Notes under the pieces: generated by a model
Seen by the model: only the letters and a program-made list of their open reading frames with translations
Told to the model about the DNA's origin: nothing
Databases searched by the model: none
Part shown: positions 34,341-36,164 of the stretch, piece by piece
How positions within the stretch are numbered: position 1 is the first letter of the stretch
Layout of the letters: each line of letters begins with the position of its first letter
Position numbers and translations under genes: made by a program
Source: Staphylococcus phage PI-Sepi-HH2
Reading direction: 5' to 3' (one strand)
Length of the DNA stretch: 36,164 nucleotides
Sequence record: MT880871.1

Positions 34341-35072
34341 ATGTTAACAAATTTATTTACAATTTTATGGTTAATAATATCTATTATATTTATTACTTTC
34401 ATAACTATAACTTTTGTTAAAGGCATAAAACAGAAAAGATATAAACCTTTTTTAATATTTTCAATTATAACTTTTATTGTTGGCCTAATATGTTTTATCT
34501 TAATGATGATTTTTTATAATATAAAGCTGGATAATTTTAAAACAATTACTCTAAAAGACGGTTATTACGAGGTTGGTAAAGACATTAAACCAGGACATTA
34601 TGAAATTAAATCAAAAGATAATAAAGGATATATAGCTATTAAAGGAAAATCTAATTATAGATCACTTAATGAAGAATTTGGAAATAAGTATGGAACTAAA
34701 AATAAACCTACAGTACCTTCTGTAACTACTTATTTATTTAAGGGAGATAAAATAAGTTTAGATAATACAGTGATAACCACATTTAAACAAGTAGAAAATA
34801 AAAAAATGAATAAATTATCTGCTGGTATGTGGATAGTTGGTAAAGATATTGAACCAGGTAAATATAAAGTTCATCTTACCTATCCACGTGAATATGGTGG
34901 AACCATAAATATTTTAACTTACAATTTTACCGATAAATCATACTTTTTATCAGGTGAAGAAGCTGAAGACATTGGAGTTAAAGAATTTGAGGTTGAATTA
35001 AAAGAAAATCAGGACTTTATAATTCATCATATATATTCAGTTACTTTAGATAAAGAAAAAACATCACAATAA
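34341..35072 (+). CDS. Membrane protein with two N-terminal TM helices and a duplicated GxYxVGKDIxPGxY extracellular module. Candidate superinfection-exclusion or lysogenic-conversion protein.
   Basis: ATG 34341 (the track start is GTG 34332). TM helices LFTILWLIISIIFITFITITF and FLIFSIITFIVGLICFILMMIF. Repeats GYYEVGKDIKPGHYEI (nt about 34560) and GMWIVGKDIEPGKYKV (nt about 34820). Lies between cI and int, co-oriented with both. Confidence 0.6.
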   Translation: MLTNLFTILWLIISIIFITFITITFVKGIKQKRYKPFLIFSIITFIVGLICFILMMIFYNIKLDNFKTITLKDGYYEVGKDIKPGHYEIKSKDNKGYIAIKGKSNYRSLNEEFGNKYGTKNKPTVPSVTTYLFKGDKISLDNTVITTFKQVENKKMNKLSAGMWIVGKDIEPGKYKVHLTYPREYGGTINILTYNFTDKSYFLSGEEAEDIGVKEFEVELKENQDFIIHHIYSVTLDKEKTSQ

Positions 35073-35117
35073 GGTAGCCTAGCCTACCTTATTTCTTTAT
35101 GAGGAGGAAACTACATC

Positions 35118-36164
35118 ATGAAAGTAACAAAACGAGGTAATAGTTGGCAATATGATTTTAGGTTTGAAGGTAAACGTTATAGAAAAACGTCATTTAAGAC
35201 TAAAAGAGATGCTACGCAAGCAGCAAATAAGCTATTAAATGATTTGACGAAAGGATTAATTACCAATAATAAGATTACTCTTACTAAATATTTAAATGAT
35301 TGGAAAGAAATTTACATAAAAGAATATGTTAGTAGTAAAACTTATAAAAATTATTGTCGATACTGTGAGAAAGTTGAATGTTATTTTAAAGATAAACCAT
35401 TAGATAAAATAACGAGAAATGAATATCAATTATTTTTAACTAATTTTAAAGATAATTTAAGTCAGGATCAACTAAGTAGATTAAATAAATTTATCACTAA
35501 GGCAATTAGTACGGCTATTTTTGATGGTTTAATAACAAAAGATTTTACATTTAATGTTAAGGTTGAATCTTCGAAACCCCCTATTAAACAAGAGAGTGAT
35601 AAATTTTTCAACATAGATGAATTAAAGAAAATTAAAGATTATTACTTAAGCAAGACTAAATATTATTCAGCTTCTACTCATTTGATATTATTAATGATTG
35701 AAACTGGTGGAAGATTTTCAGATTGTATTAATTTAACAAGAAAAGATATTAATGAATTTAAGTTAGAAATATTTTTAAACGGTACCAAAAATAAATCGGC
35801 ACCTAGATATGTATCAGTATCTAAAACGTTAATACAAATATTACTTAAATATATAGAAAATCATACTTCTTCAATTGAAGGATATGTATTTATAAATAAT
35901 GGTAAACAAATTACTAATTCATCAGTTAATAAATCGATTAGAGAATCATGTTCCAAACTAAATATACATAGAAATCTAACTAGTCATGCATTTAGACATA
36001 CACACGCTTCTATGCTAATACATGAGGGATTAAATATATATTATATATCTAAAAGATTAGGCCACTCATCTATAGATGTAACATTAAAAGATTACGGACA
36101 TTTATTAAAAGAAACATACGAACAAGACAATAAAAAAGCACTAAAATTGATTGAAAATTTGTGA
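35118..36164 (+). CDS. int: Tyrosine recombinase / phage integrase; complete, stop at the window edge.
   Basis: 348 aa. ATG with GAGGAGG RBS. C-terminal HAFRHTHASMLI...LGHSSIDVTLKDYGHL (R..H..Y catalytic region). Confidence 0.9.
   Translation: MKVTKRGNSWQYDFRFEGKRYRKTSFKTKRDATQAANKLLNDLTKGLITNNKITLTKYLNDWKEIYIKEYVSSKTYKNYCRYCEKVECYFKDKPLDKITRNEYQLFLTNFKDNLSQDQLSRLNKFITKAISTAIFDGLITKDFTFNVKVESSKPPIKQESDKFFNIDELKKIKDYYLSKTKYYSASTHLILLMIETGGRFSDCINLTRKDINEFKLEIFLNGTKNKSAPRYVSVSKTLIQILLKYIENHTSSIEGYVFINNGKQITNSSVNKSIRESCSKLNIHRNLTSHAFRHTHASMLIHEGLNIYYISKRLGHSSIDVTLKDYGHLLKETYEQDNKKALKLIENL

Larger units (their letters stand above)
1..36164 (-). mobile_element. Temperate siphovirus prophage, near-complete genome. 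The lysogeny module is on the plus strand at the right edge; all other modules are on the minus strand. The att sites lie outside the window.
   Basis: Canonical synteny: int-cI/cro-replication-late activator-HNH-terS-terL-portal-protease-MCP-tail-TMP-Dit-Tal-holin-endolysin. Genes are tightly packed with coupled start/stop overlaps. AT-rich throughout. Confidence 0.85.

Noticed and set aside
35118-36164. Possibility that the integrase is truncated and the attachment site lies inside the window
   Set aside because: The integrase ORF is full length (348 aa, with the catalytic R..H..Y region present) and its stop codon is the last three bases of the window. attP/attR must lie beyond the right edge and cannot be assessed.

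Overview
The window is almost entirely one temperate siphovirus prophage of a low-GC Firmicute, with module synteny like Staphylococcus cos-type phages. Neither att site is inside the window. The integrase ends exactly at the right edge. The structural, lysis, replication and late-regulatory genes are on the minus strand. The lysogeny module (cI-like repressor, two accessory genes, tyrosine integrase) is on the plus strand at the right end.

Gene order on the minus strand, from right to left, is as follows.
- Lysogeny switch: cro-like repressor, hypothetical protein, a 52-aa membrane peptide.
- Replication module: SNF2 helicase, a 107-aa hypothetical, VRR-NUC nuclease, a PD-(D/E)xK nuclease fused to an AAA_24-like ATPase, a 68-aa hypothetical, a DUF669-like protein, a family-B DNA polymerase, a 116-aa hypothetical, a DUF3310-like protein, an HNH/NUMOD homing endonuclease, a MazG-like protein, an opposite-strand membrane gene, two small genes, and a Prim-Pol / D5-like primase.
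- An iteron array that is a candidate origin of replication.
- Late regulation and packaging: a RinA/ArpU-like late activator, a membrane-anchored moron, an HNH endonuclease, a candidate cos region, terS, terL.
- Head and tail: portal, ClpP-like protease, major capsid, four head-tail joining genes, major tail, a G/GT tail chaperone pair with a lambda-type GGGAAAG -1 frameshift site, a tape measure protein built of 90-nt periodic repeats, Dit, a 1151-aa tail/receptor-binding protein, two small genes.
- Lysis and left end: holin, an amidase_2-SH3b endolysin, a strong terminator, and a partial membrane-protein gene that runs off the left edge.

No rRNA, tRNA or CRISPR array was seen. Many ORF-track starts are GTG/TTG N-terminal extensions; starts were re-derived from RBS context where I checked them. 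Every functional assignment is motif recognition by eye, with no database search. The most interesting candidates for undescribed biology are three things: the two-gene cassette between cI and int (a tandem-repeat membrane protein resembling a superinfection-exclusion gene), the opposite-strand membrane gene inside the replication module, and the stand-alone membrane-anchored moron between the late activator and the HNH/terS genes.
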